The position numbers and the translations under genes were made by a program. Positions 1 to 13,700 of a DNA stretch of 64,000 nt are shown piece after piece; positions within the stretch are counted from its first letter, which is position 1, and each line of letters opens with the position of its first letter. Under the pieces are notes generated by a model that did not search any database, was not told where the DNA came from, and worked only from the letters and a program-made list of their open reading frames with translations. This stretch comes from Camelus dromedarius (lineage: Eukaryota), in the NCBI RefSeq assembly GCF_036321535.1, contig NC_087454.1, forward strand, positions 27,032,001-27,096,000, given 5' to 3'.

Positions 1-139
1 ATCCACTGAGAAATGTTTGCCAAGGAGTTCTGTGAACTTACAGCCTCATGAGAAAAGCTTGAAAAGCAGTCTCCAAGTTTTGCTAAGATGATCCTACTTT
101 AGACAGTAAAACAGTTAGGAGACACCAAGACTAAAATAA

Positions 140-557
140 GCCTCCTCTGCTTGGAAACAGCTTCGAAGGATGTTTTTGACTTGCCCAACAGAGAGCTGTT
201 CCAAGCCTGAGCGCCCACAGTTGTCTGTACCCCGACCACCTCAGCAGAGCATCTAGGAATCAACTCTGTAACCATCATGCTGTGAGGACCCTACAGAGAG
301 CCCTACGTGGAGAGGAGCTGGGACCCCTGGCCAATAACCAGCGTCAACTTGTCAGCCATTTGAAGAGGTCACCTTGGAAGTGATCCTCCAGCCCTAGTCA
401 AACCTCCAGATGATGTAACCTCGAGAGAGACTCTGAACCAAAAATGACACCTAAATCCCTAAGATTCATAATATCTGGTAGATAAGAAATGACTATTATT
501 GTTTTAAGCCACTAATTTGGTGGGTGATTTGTTACATAGCAACTAACAGGTAACTAA
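140..557 (+). mobile_element. MaLR LTR (MLT1F/G-like)
   Basis: Typical MLT1 3' end TTTTAAGCCACTAA...ATTTGTTACATAGCAA; the start is approximate. Confidence 0.6.
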
Positions 558-748
558 TTGGTAGTCTATGCTTTCACAGCTTACGTATAATATTACGGGG
601 TGTTAATCAAAGTTCTTAGTTATAAGCAAGAGAAACCAATTCTGGCAAACATAAGCCAAAGGGACACTGGGCAACAGAACCCCAGCTCCGGTTCAGAAAA
701 AGAGTCAGGTAGGCACACCTCCACGGCTCTGAAGAGCCACTGACCATC

Positions 749-1117
749 TGTCTTAGTCAGTTCAGGCTGCAATAACAGAATGCTACAGACCAAGTGCTTT
801 AAACAACAGACATTTAATTCTCACAGTTCTGGAGGCTGAAAGTCTAAGATCAAGGTGCTGGGACCTGGAGTCTGGTGAGAGCTCTCTTTTGATTTCAGAT
901 GACTATATTGTTGTATCCTCACATGGCAGATAGGAGAGCAGACAGAGAGGAAGCAATATCTCTCTGTTTCTTTTCATAAGGGCACTAATCCCACTCATAA
1001 GAGTTCTGCCATCAATGACCAACTACCCCAAAGGCCCCACCCACTAATACCATCACCTTGGGGGTTCAGATTTCAACATATGAGTCTTTGGGAAACTCAA
1101 ACATTCAATCCATAGCA
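749..1117 (-). mobile_element. MaLR solo LTR (MLT1A/B/C-like)
   Basis: Begins TGTCTTAGTCAGTTCAGGCTGC, contains TCTCACAGTTCTGGAGGCTG, and ends TTCAACATATGAGT...CATTCAATCCATAGCA. Confidence 0.8.
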
Positions 1118-3479
1118 CATCCTTCATCTAAGTTTTCAGCATTCAGAGTCTGGAGTGACAAAGAAATGGACTATGTCCCAGCCCCCTGGCTACACTAATG
1201 GCAGGAGAGAAAGGACCCATCCCTTTGGTATTGTCTTCCTCTGAGGTTGCTCCCAGTGGGGAAAGATGACTCCTGAAAGGACACTGGGGTTCTGTTGAGG
1301 AGGGGATGGGATACTCTGCAGCCAAAATTAATAAATGTCTAGCCCAGGGGTCACTACATGGTGCTACAAAGAGGAAGGCCTCAAATACTGACCCAGACCA
1401 CAGGCAGGCAGAGGGCTGAGCGCTTTACGTTCGTAGTCCCATTAATCTCCTGTCTTCCAAGGAGGGTGGTGTTATGCCCACCATCAGACAAGGAGATGAA
1501 AGCTCAGACATGTTAAATAATTTGCTTGGGTCTTCATGGAAAGTGATAGAGATGGTTTTTAAGTTCAAGACCATAGAGTTCCTTGGTCCTGACTTGTCCC
1601 ATCTTACCAGGCTTCCAAGACTGGGCCTCAGGGGAATGGGACCACATTCTGCTTTGATAAGATCTGCTTTGATAAATTTAAAAGTTCATTGAGGGAGAGA
1701 AACCAAGGCTGAAATAAGTGGGTCACCAGATCTGCTCCCAGGGAGGGAATGTACCTGAGTTATAGCTGTCTAGCTTGGCCCAGAAAGAAGAGGGTAGTCA
1801 CAGGCAGAAAGAACAGCACAGATACACAGAGAAGGAGAGTTTCTAGAAACTGAAGCTTCCCAAGGGCTCAGACTGTGCACACTGAAAGGGGTCCACTTCA
1901 GCCAGAGCACAAGGAGCCCATCTTTGGGGAAGCCCTGAGGATGGGCACTAGCAAGATGTGAAGGCTTTCCTGGTACCTCTCCAAGACCACCAATGCCACC
2001 AGGTCCCCTTCTCTGTCACACACTCTCTGAGATTCCCAGGGACGGGATGGCCAGCTTCTCCCTGGATCAAGTGTTAGACACTTCCCTAGTCCCACTTCTA
2101 CGCTCTCCCCAAGTAAGGAATTTTTTTACAATAGCATCTCCACCTACCTCAGTATTTCCTAAATATTATTCTTAATTTTCTGATTACAGCTTTTCTAGGT
2201 TATTTGGAAACAAATCTATTCCCACCTGAGGGTTGATAGCTCGTACAAAGCATATTCCTGTCCTCAGGCTAACGTCTTTATGACATTATGACACCAACCA
2301 GTTCATACCGATGGTAGCTTTTTGCTGGCCAGGAGCCATAACATCTCTACCAACAAGAAACTAGCATAGATTAAAACAAAGCCAGTCTGAGAGAGATTAT
2401 CTAAAGAAAATAAATGAGGAATTCTAAGCACGTAATAAGAAGTCAAATATGTGCTGAGCAGATGAATAAACATACCTGTGTAAGGCTTCAAGAAGGATGA
2501 ATAAGGATGACAGTTCTCATGAAAGAGTATTCCCAGGCTTTTGAATTTCAAAGACCAATAAATTTGTGTTGTGTTTTAAATTGGGAAGGGGAGAATCAAC
2601 ATAGGATTACTACCTTTATACTTTGCCAAGTAAGGACATTTTAATAAAACTATCATCTCCATTACTATCCTTTCATAAGATAATAGGCCCTTGACACCAG
2701 CAAGGAAAGAAAGGGTAGATCACAGAACGAAGGACAAAAGACAAAGTCTTTCCAGAGAAAGAATCATGGGCGCATTGCGTAGGGATCTTAGTTGCACATT
2801 GGAGAGTTTCCGTCCAGCTAGTTTAAGCACAAAGCAACGTATTAGAGAGTCTACGTAGTTCACAGAATCACTGGAAGGGCTGAAGGAAGAGACTTTAAGC
2901 AGGGCTTCCAGTATCGAGTCTCCAAACCACACCACAGAACCAGGTCACCAAGAAAGCTGCCAAGTCAGGCAGGTGCAGCCACAGCTGCTGGTTGCTCCTC
3001 AGAATAAGCACTAGCCTCATGCTGTTCAACTCCTCGCTTTACTCAAGGCCAAATCGAAGACCTCTGTGAGTTCAGCTGATTGGCAGAAACGAAACTTCTA
3101 AATCCCAGTCTGCCAGGGAGCCTGGGAAATGCAGGCTTCTTTTCAGCCTCTGCAGTATAGGAAAGCACGTGGGGCTGGAGAAGGCACTGAGTAAATCAGC
3201 TCACGACTGCTGGCAAGCTTTTGCTGCATGCTCATGAAACATGTCAAAGTCTGACCCTGGATTGTGCAGGGATCAGAGTATGTCTTGAGGGATGTGTGCA
3301 GTCATGCTTTATTGAGAAGATTCTGAAGGTCAGTGGAATGACACCGACACTTGCTGAAGGCATGACTCTTCTCGGGAAGAGGGTCTGCTCCCTGGGGCCA
3401 CAGCATCAACCACACCCAGGCCGTAGTGGACATCTGTCATATTTGCAGCTGTCCATCCACTTCTGAGGAGCTTTTTCCA

Positions 3480-3995
3480 TATTTGGGGATATTTGCACGT
3501 AATGAGTCCCACCTTCCCAATATTGAAGTCAGAATTCAAATTCCCAGACTCTTTTCTAACTAGATTCACCATGGGAACCGGGCTCTGACCATCTAATGCC
3601 CCAACTTGAGATTTGATGCAGAAATGGGTGGCATGAAGAAGCAGGCAGCACATGCAGCTTCCATTTTCTGCTGACATGGATGGCAGCAGAGGCCCCAGCT
3701 TTCAGAGGTGAGGTCTGGTTCCCAATTCACAGGTGGCAGTGGTGGTGGCAGGAGTGGCGGCAATAAAGTTGAGTTCCTGCCATCTAGTGCTCAATAGCAG
3801 CAGCCACAGTAGTACCAGTTTCCCTTCTTGGGCTGGTTCTACCCCCACAGCTGAGGGCATCATTCCTGGAAACTTTACCTCAATTCTATTTCTCAGCCCT
3901 CCAAATGACTGTTTATTCTTCAGGATAAAAGCCCCCTGACTTAATCTCCAGCAACAGTGGATTCTGTTGTGAGCAACTGAGAACCCACCTGATGT
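3480..3995 (+). mobile_element. ERVL-type LTR (LTR16/LTR33-like), degraded
   Basis: 3' end GTGGATTCTGTTGTGAGCAACTGAGAACCC resembles recalled LTR16/33 termini. Confidence 0.4.
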
Positions 3996-4306
3996 GCTGG
4001 GTGAGCCGGGAACATCTGACTCTGACTCCACGGCCTCAGGACCACGCTCAGTACCATCCCTGCAGCAGAGAGTGTCCGCCTGGACCTTATGCCCCTTTTC
4101 CTTCATCAAGTCAGGCGCCAAGAGGGAGGGAAGGAAAGTGCTGCTCTCTCTGACTCCCAACAAGAATGCTCTTCTTCACTGGTTTTTTTTTGTAACCAAC
4201 ACTGTGCAGGGCAGGTGTTCAGCAAATGTTTGACAAATGAATCAGTGAATGAATGAACGGGCAAGTACACTCCAAAGTCATGCTCAGCTGGACCCATCAT
4301 CCAGAC

Positions 4307-4806
4307 CATGCTGTCCATCACAGTGCCCACTAGCAGGACATGGCTACTCAGCCCTTGAAATGTGGCTAGTGCAACTGAGGGCCTGAATTTTTATTTCATT
4401 TCAATTGATTTAAAAATTTTAATTCATACCTAATTTCATTTTTGGAAAACTTTCAGCTTGTTTAACTTGTGAGTGTCAATGTCCTTTTTCCATTTTACAA
4501 AAATTTTATGAACGCTAAATATGGATCGAATATTTGCAACAAAAATTTAACACATTTTTGATACTCTGAAATCAAGATATGCTGTAATTATAAAAAAACA
4601 CACCAGATTTCAAACACTTTATGGGAAATAAAGAATGTAAGACATGCTATTAATAATTTTTGTATTGATTATATGTGATATTAGGTTAAGCAAAAAATGT
4701 TATTACAATCTAACTTCACCTGTTGCTTTTTACATTTTTTGATGTGACCACTAGAAAATGTAGAATTCAGTATGTGGCTTCCATTGTGTTCCAATGGACA
4801 GATCTG
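4307..4806. mobile_element. hAT-Charlie element (MER33/Charlie1-type)
   Basis: Degenerate TIRs CATGCTGTCCA...TGGACAGATCTG and a MER33-like body (AGATTTCAAACACTT...CACCTGTTGCTTTTTAC). Confidence 0.7.
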
Positions 4807-6017
4807 ACATTGGCATGGACGTTGCTCAGCAGGCAGATGGGGTGCCGAGGACACGTGTTACCTCTGGGCACTGGAACCACTAACCCTGCAGACCAGGGCT
4901 CAAACTTTCTCATTCATTCTCCTTCCGGCTCTAAACCCAACAGGTGGAAGTTTAGGTATGGGCTTCTACAACGTGCATAAGAACAGAAGTCACAAATTTG
5001 GTGTGTTTAGGGACCAGGGAGGGAACCTACCAGGAAAAGGGCTGGAGGTAAGTCCACAAGCAGTAACCAGTCACTTTAAATAAAGGCAACACACAAAGAA
5101 AAATTCCCCAAGTGGACATCCCCTGGGTGAACTGGTGCCAGGCCCATAGAAGAAAGCCCTCGGGGAGCCTCAAACAAGGTTGCTTCATTCCAAGGCGAAG
5201 AGACTGAAGCCAGAGAGGTAAAAGCCGTGCTAATTAGCACTAGAGCCAGGGCTGAGCACTTAATGTCCCAGCGCCCCTGGAGCACACCATCTCTTGGCTT
5301 TAGGAGCTGATAAACACAGCCAATTGGGTTTGATTTGAGGAAGGAAGGATCTACCCTACAGAGATCAGGCAGCTTGCCACCTATCTCAAGATTTCCAAGC
5401 CTCCTGCTCCCCACTGCAAGCCCATTCTGACAGATTAGGGCTGGGGCCAGAAAGCATTCCCTCCCATCATAGAAACCCCCCCACCTATGGCTTCTAGTCA
5501 CAATTCCAGAAGGTTTGAAACTCTTAAAGTGATTTGTTCCAGGGTAGGAAGTAACACAAAATAAAGATGACTTTGGCTGGCATGGAGAGCAAGGAAGAGA
5601 CAATAGGAGAAAAGGGGAAAACTGTGCTGGACTCCAGGGGACAAAGATGCTCTTAGCAGCCCAGTTCCAAGCCAAGAGCAGAAGGAGAAGGCTAAGGTAC
5701 CAGCCTGGCATAGCTGGCAGCCCCCAGTGTGTGTGTGTGGGGGGGAGTAACAGAGGGTGGACAGGGTTACAGGAAGAGGGAGGGGGTGCGAGGGTCCCAT
5801 CCTGGAGGCTTGCTTCTAGTAGAAAGGGAAGAGAACCTCCCTGATTTACCATGCTGGACCCAGACAATGGCCACACTGGAAGTACAATCTGCAAAATGCT
5901 GCCCTCCAACCTGCCCCCATCTGTACGATTTTACCACATAAAACCATTCATACCCACATCCAAATTTATCAACCTGAGCAAAATATAGTTAGTAGCAAAG
6001 AAAAGCAATTTTCGTGT

Positions 6018-6023
6018 TTTATT
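6018..6023 (-). terminator. UNC5CL: Probable UNC5CL polyadenylation signal AATAAA
   Basis: AATAAA on the minus strand about 1.5 kb after the stop codon; a second candidate lies at 6296-6301. Confidence 0.55.
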
Positions 6024-7549
6024 ATACAATATTGCTCACCACAGAAAAAGCTTTAGTATTTTTTTAATTAAATACAGAAGCAAACTGTTAGTGTTGCCAG
6101 GGAGATCATTTGTCTGCCCTTGAAAAAATTAACAACACCTGTTTGCAAACAAAAGCCTTGCTTGAGTTGAGTCAAACCCTTTGTTCTCTTTTCAGGATCC
6201 AGCCTATTGATCTATTTTCTATACAGTGCCTAACACATAGTAGGTGCTGAATAAATCACTGTTGACTGAAAGGGCTGTTCTTTAATCCCTAACCTTTTAT
6301 TTTCTGACCCTAAATTTGATCTTGATTCATGGGGTAGAATCCCCACCCATCCATTCCTAGGGTAGACCGGTGTCTTTCAGTAGCTTTTGATACATAAGAT
6401 TGGTTTAGAGACACTTGCCTTGGGGGGGAATGCCTGAGGGTTGCAGAGAGAGAGAAACACATAAGGGCAGGTTCAGTAACTAGGTAGAGATGAAAAGATG
6501 GTAACAGAGAGCCTGAGAGATTCAGGGATAGAGCTACTGCAGGAGACAGTGACAGCAAAATGAAGTCAGAGAGACTTCAAAATTCAGTTTTAATCTCAAG
6601 ATAAAGAGATAAAAAGTTTGGGCAACAGTCATAATCTTGAAGTTTCTTTTCAGCTTTGATGTTTTTTGACAGAGATAATGGCAGAGAGAAAGGAAGACAA
6701 GGCAAGGATGGGAGGATAAAGAGATCAAGGAAGGCAAAGGAGACAGGTGGACAGCCAGGTATGACTGCCCATCTTCAGATCTGGCCTTGAACCTTTGTCC
6801 TCCCTCACCTCACACCCACAGCGCTGGGCTCCTTCAAGCCTCAGCACCCCATGAAGACTCAGCTCCTACCGTGATCCACTCAGCATCCCCTGCTCCCCCA
6901 ACTTTAAGATCTCTGAACCACTCTTTGCATGTCCAGCATTCTCCACGAGGCTTTCTCACTGCTCCAGCCCATATCCACTCCTTCCCTTCTCAACGTTTAA
7001 AGCATGGGCAGTTCATACCACATCCAACTCTTCTGACCACAGGGCATGTGGTTTAGAGTTCCACCTCAGCTCCTGTGGGCTCATCCTGATTCCCACAAGA
7101 GAACTGTGGTCTTGCCAAGGCTCCAAACCCAAGCCCATATATTCCAGGATTCTCCATGATACTCAGTCCAATGCCAGGTATCACTAAGTGCTTAGTGAAT
7201 ACTTGTGGGCTCACCAGTCCCCAAGGAGTGCCAACAGGGCAGCAATAGTCCATCGGTCTATTAAATAGTTTCCCACAGGCTGACCGCGCTGGGGCCATCT
7301 CCTGGGCTCCTGCGCCCCCTGCTGGCCAGGAAGGGATCTGCACACAGGACGAAGTGGTCCAAAACGGTGGTCCTGACCCGGGGAGGCTAACAATGGCATC
7401 AGGCCTCACGGTGGCCCCAGGCACCGTCTAAGGATCCCAGTGAGGTCGGTGGGCACAGACAGGAACAGATGCTGTGTTCTTCCTACGTGTCGGGGCACAC
7501 CCACGGCCTCCCCGTGGACAGCGCCCCACCCTGCCTCGCAGCAGGGCGC

Positions 7550-7772
7550 TCAGAACTTCTCGTCCAGCTCCAGGCCCTGGTTCTCCTGGGCGCCCCCGCG
7601 GACCGGGACTGGGCTGCCGCTTTGCGTCCCGCTCAGGTAGCTCTGGATGACGGAGGCGCAGTCCAGCCGCTCCATGATGGTCATGAGGTAGTGCAGCTCC
7701 TGCAGGCTGCCGTTCTGCTCCTCGAACAGCTCCAGGATGGCTGCCGCGGGGCTGCGCTGGCAGGACAGGAAC
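7550..7772 (-). CDS. UNC5CL: UNC5CL last coding exon ([16 protein letters not shown]...DEKF*)
   Basis: Acceptor GGCCAG|; TGA at 7552-7550; 223 nt. Confidence 0.95.
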
Positions 7773-10700
7773 CTGGCCGGGAGGTGGGCGGTCCGGGGGA
7801 GGTGACAGGAGGAGGGGCACTGCCGCGAGATCCACCCCTCCCCCAGCTCCTCATCCTCCTCCTGTCTGCCTTCCGGGGCAGTCGGGATGGTGGCAAGGCC
7901 CAGGACTTTGAAATCTGAGATTGCCCCAGCTCAAATCTGATATTGCCCTGGCCCAAAGGGTAATCCTCTCCAGGCCTCAGTTTCCTCTTCTTACAGCAGG
8001 GCTTGGATGAGAAGACCTCTAAGTTGGCTTCCAGTTCTGATGTTCTGCAATTGCCTTCTCTATGTCCCCTACTCCAAACACACCCTCCCCTCCCTCTCTC
8101 CCAGGCCACCACATCCGGCCCACCACTAAGGAAGCAGCTGTTCCTAACCACGACTTTTACCATGACCCTCCTCTGCTCAAAAACCTTTCAGAGTCCCTTT
8201 CGACTACTAACCAAGCTCACTCTCCTGATTTTCTGGCTCATCCACCACCTGGCCTTGCCCTGTTTTTTCTGACCTTTTCTCCCTGAGCCGTCCCTCCTCA
8301 GGCCTATCCCTTTCCCACCTTAAACCATCAGACCCACGATCACCTCTGCTACCCCCAAACAGAAAGGCTGATCACCCTCTTCCTCACCACCTGTTCCTGA
8401 AGCCTTTCTAATTCCCACCTCCTAGGTGGAGACCATTCTGCACTCCTCAGTTTGGACTTCTGGGCATAGCTCCCGCAAGTCTTTATTATTCATTTTTTAA
8501 AATTGAGATACATAGTTGACCCTTGAACAACACCACTTTGAACTACATGGGTCCACTCATATGCAGATTTTTTTCAGGAGTAAATAGTACATTCCTACCC
8601 TGTCCCTGGTGGTTGAATCTGCAGATGGGGAATCAGGGATACGGAGGGCCGACTGTAAGTTATACTAGGATTTTTGACAGGATGGAGGGTCACACCTCTA
8701 ATCCCCACGTTGTTCAAGGATCAACTGTAATTGACGTAAGTCTTCATTATTCTTGCTTCGGCCATCCCATGTCCCCGTTTTCAGCTTGCTATGCAATATT
8801 GGACATATACAATAACGTCAAAGGAGCATGTGCCTTGATTTTTTTTAAGCTCTCTATATCCCTTACTAGAGTGTAAGCTGCTAGGTAGGCACTGGGACTA
8901 TGTCTCGTTCATCTTGTATTCCAATGCTTAGCATAGTTTTTCCAGGACATTGTAGGTATTTGATAGATGTTTAATAAATGAGCGGTTTTAAAATCTACCC
9001 TGTTTTCTAGTCTCATCTCCTGGGTGAAGTCCTCTGTGACCCCTGCTGTCACAATCTGAGTTCTGGGGCTTAGCTCAGAACTGGTCTACTGATCTCTCTT
9101 GACAGAGCCCACAGCTGCATTGCCTGCATCATTGCTGTTTATTGAATTAACACATGCAAGGCACACAGCTACATGGTCTACACACTTCATTCTATGGTCT
9201 GCCGTCCTGCCCCTCAGGGCACAGCATGTCAAGCACTCAGTATGTACCAGTGACTTACATGTGATCCAATATCTTTTTGAATATTTACTGAACACCAACC
9301 ATGAGCCAGGCATCATTCTAGGTACCGAGAATACCGTGATAAGCAGAAAGATTTCTAAAGCCTTCCTGTGGAGTCCCTCTCACTTCTCCTGCTCTGCTCC
9401 CCTGGCCTTTTCCTCTCTCACCTGCCACGTCCTCTCCTCTTTGTAGCCATGAGAACGAGGACTGCTCGGCCCTAACCAATGGGATCATTGTCCTAAGGAG
9501 ATCAGCCCTGTTCTGAGGAGTGGTGGGGGTGGGGGGGAGATTGGCCATTCCCTGACTTTTAAGTCCCTCCCTTATCTGTCGTCCAGTCTCCATGGGTCCC
9601 TCCAAGGGGTCCTGAGAACCCCACCCCAGTCCACCTTCCGCTCCCATGTTCAGACCTCACCCCTCTTACCGGATTTTCATACCGCAGAGCCCCAGGTGGG
9701 AGGCCAGTCGGCGCCAATCGTTGCCTGTGATGCTGTTGGGCTCCAGCAACATCTGCAGCCGCTCAAAGAGCTCTGGGGGCAGCCTGCGGGGGAGAAAGGG
9801 TGCTCTTGGAGGGGAGGATCAAGAGACCCAGTCTGGTTCCAGACACACCTCAATGCTGTGCTCGCCCTGCAGGCATCCCCCAGGCAGCAGCCCAAGCAAC
9901 CCCCACCTCACCTATTGCATGGGGGTGGCTGGGTGACAGGGGGTGGCGCTGTCCAGGATTCCTCCTCTGATGCTTGAAATCTGAGGATTTCCATGTATTT
10001 GGTCTCCAAACCCTGAGCCGACAGAGGGGCAGGGAAACATTTAGGGATTGTATGACATCCCTCTGAAGGAGCTGGGGCACCCACCTCCAGTCCCCATGTC
10101 TCTCCTTCAGCCTGTCACCCAGAGCCACTTAACCAGGAGACACAGCCCCACCCCACCAGCACCCTCTACCCTCTGCTTCCCTGACTCCAGAACCTTCTCA
10201 CTTAAGTTTGCTCACTGAGCTCTTGGGGACCTGGGACGTGAAGACCAAACAAAGTACATCCCAAGACACTAAGAGAAGTCCTGGGTGGGGTCATGGGCAG
10301 GGGGAGGTCATCCAATAACAGAGACTGAACTTGGGCATACATGCCCACTTCTTCCATTCTTCCTCTCCTTGGCTCCTCCTCCCTAAGTGATACCTCAAGG
10401 AGTATCTGCCTCCTCCCCAATAAGATGCCACCATGTCTCCCCAAAGATTCTCCAGTCCTGACTTCTTCATACCTTCCCTCAGGAGAGCTGAGTATCTAAA
10501 TCCCATTCTACCCACTCAAGACCCCTTCCTGTTTACTCTCCACCTTAAGATATATAGCACCATCTCTCAGATGTAGACCGTCAGTCCAAAAAGAAACCAC
10601 ATCCAGGTGGGGAGAAAGGGTTACTCTAGGGTTTGGTTCTTTTACCCTCCTGCTAGATTCATCCATGGATAGACAGGAGTCAGGAATGCTGAGTAACTTG

Positions 10701-13700
10701 GAGGCCAGGAGGTCTCTGCCCTGGAAAAATGCCCTCTTCCCTTGCTTGATTATGTGCCTAGAGCCATACTTCCTGGGCACCAGACCCTTGCCCACTTTGC
10801 CCAGAACACCCCCAGGCTCTGCCCTTCCTCTGCCCCTCAGCTCCAACTCACATCCTGGAAGGTGTGCATGGTGACGATGATCTCATTGGTCAGTGCCGAG
10901 CAGTCTTCGTTCTCACTGGCTGCAAAGAGAAGATGTAGCAGGTGAGAGAGGAAAAGTCCCCGGGGAGGAGAGCAGGAGAGCAAAAGGGACCCCACAGTAA
11001 GACTGGAAATCTGAAGCAGCTGTGCAGGCCACCCCGGCTTCCTCACTGCGAAGATCTGCCGTGGCCCCTTGCCTTTAAGAGAGGGTCTGCGGGCACGGCT
11101 GAGTGAGGAGCTGCGGGGTTCCAGGGTGACCGGGAGCAGAGAGGAGAGGGCAGCAGGTGGATGCGAGGCTCCTGGACTACCTGCTTTTCTGCGGAAGCAG
11201 AAGGAGCGGAAGGGGCACTTTCCATGCCAGATGTGCAGATGGGGGACCAGCTGGCAACTGCTGTCGTCCACATTCTCCCAGCCTGGGGAGGGGCAGAGAG
11301 CAGAGGGCCTCAGAGAGCGGGGCCTTCCACGAGGGTTTAAGGAGGCCACTGTGTGGCAGGCGCTGTGCAGGGCGCTGTGGGGAGGGCCGGGGAGGGAGCA
11401 AAGGCCGGAGGGCGACTCAAGTGGATGGGAGCCCCCAGAGCCTGGGGGGGACCCCTGAGCGGTCTTCCTTCTACCAACACACACTGCCCCCAACACACAG
11501 CACACAGACCCCCACCCCTCCACCCTCCACTCCAACCCCCACCCTCCCATCTACTACCCCCAGAAGCAGCCACACATGTGTTCCCATGTCCTCAGGCACA
11601 CAAACACCCCGACCCCATCGTCAATTCCTGTAGCCAACCCACAACACAAGGAGGGCAGAAAAGACTGGGCCTCCTCCTCTGACACCAGCTCCATCAGGAT
11701 GGGACAACAGAAGCCTCCCCTCCCCTCCCTGACCCTGTGGGAGCCACACCTCTCCTCCCACCTCCCATCCACGTCACCTACCCTCCTACGGAGGGACTGG
11801 TGCTGAGTGGGCAACAGAGGGAGGAAGTGGGCATAAGCCTGGGGCTCTGGGAGGCACAGCAGGAGCCAGAGGCCCCCTTGAAGCTGCTGTCAACCCAGGA
11901 TTCTCGAAAAGCAACTTGGAGTTCCCAGATTCCCACCTCAGGAGAGGTCCAGACCCCCTCCTCCAGTGGGATCCTGTTGCCCTGCCCCCCGGGCCTGCCT
12001 CCCTCACCCTCGGAGATGTATTTGAGTTTCAGGCACTGGTCCCCTTGGGCCCCGGTGAAATCGAAGAGCTGGCAGGGCCCACGCAGGCGCCCGCCGTGCG
12101 GCTGCTCGTTGGTCACAGCCCACTGCAGGGCACAGGGCGTGTTGTTGAGGAAGTAGACGCGCAGCTGCAGGTGGGACTGCCCCGGAGCCAGAGGCGAGCA
12201 GAACACGGCCAGCTGCAGCCACTTGCGGGCTTCCCGGCCCACCGGCGCCTCCAGCACGCAGGTGTAGAGGCTGCGGAGAGAGGCGGTGGCAGGGACCATG
12301 CACAGTGCCTGAGGGAGAGGCTGGGACACCAGCCCACCTGCCACCAAGCTCCCACTGCACCAGGGGCCTCTGTGGAGGCCTCCAAGGGGATGAAGAGAAC
12401 ATTCCAGGGTGTGTGTAGGGAAGGCCTGGGGCGGAGGGGTCAGCTAAGGGGACAGAAAGTGAGTCATGTCACAGTGACCGTCACTGAGTAGGGAAAAGAG
12501 CCAGTGTGGGAAAGAGGGAAGCTAGTCTCAGGGCTGCCATGCTTGGGAGGGGTCCCACACATGGCCCTGCTCTGGTCAGTGGGTGGCAAGGGGACTGGGA
12601 GGCAGAAGGGTCTAAGTTTCTAGAAAGACAGAACTAAGGACAGACGTGAGATGGGACGGAGTCAGAGAACTGGAGGGGGCAGACTGCCCTAGTCAGTTTG
12701 GGGATAGTCTTGGACTGGGGCACAGGGAAGAGACAATCTTAGGAACAGAGGTAGAGATGGGACAGGCCCCCTCTAGACAGAGGACTCTGGGTAGGCAGAG
12801 GGGACCACAGTAAGGTGCGCAGTCCTGGACAGGGTTGGACAAGGTAAGCTGTTGTAGACACTAGGACAGAGGGACTGGGGAAGGACACGGGGATAAGGTA
12901 TTTACAGGCCATCATGGACAGATAAAGGGGCCACCCCTACAGAGAGGTGAGGGTGAGGCCAGCAGAGAAAGGAGGCAGGAAGCACAGGCCGATGGGCAGG
13001 TGCCTACCTGAAGTGGGAGAGGAGGATGCGACATTCATCCCGGGAGGTGTGGTCTCCTGGCCGCCCCAGGGGCTTCCAGGCCTTGGCGTCCAGCAGGGTC
13101 GTGTTGCTGCTGTAGGTGCGGGCGTGGCTGGGTTGCTGGGCACAGTGCTTGAACGTGAGGGTGCAGGGCTTCAGGAAGGAGGCCCCATGGGGGCCACACG
13201 CCACCACGGGGCTCACCAGCCCCTGGGCTCGGGACAATGACGGGGCGTCTGACAGATCCCACACCAGGATCAGTGACACGCGCTCCTGGCGTCCCACAGA
13301 CACAGCACCTGGGGAGGGGGCGAGCTGAGATGGGCCTGGCAAGCAGATACACCCTACCCCAGAAGACGCCGGGCCAGAGTGGGAGAGGAGGTGGGGCAGG
13401 AGCCCAGGAGAGACGGTGCCCAGGGGAGAAGACACACGGGGAGGCAGCACGGAAGGAGAGGAAGGTGACTCTGACTGCCTTGTGATGTCACCCTGAGCAA
13501 GTTGTCTCCTTCCTCCCAGGGCTGCTGCCAGCTCACTAGAACAAGGCCCTTTACTTCCACCTGCCAGGAAGCTGTCATAAACATTTGTAATATATCAACC
13601 TTTAGAGTCAAGAAAGTCAAACTAAACATATAAACAATTTTCAAAATTATGACAATGTCTCTGAATGGTGCTCCCTTGGAGTTGGTGCCCTTGTCCAATG

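Noticed and set aside
5076-5909. 277-aa ORF on the minus strand (longest unexplained ORF)
   Set aside because: No recognisable domain, low-complexity composition, no supporting exon structure; consistent with a chance ORF downstream of UNC5CL
7428-13450. Long overlapping alternative-frame and antisense ORFs over UNC5CL exons (for example 11916-12491 + and 10837-11550 -)
   Set aside because: Explained by GC-rich codon usage and read-through of exon frames into introns
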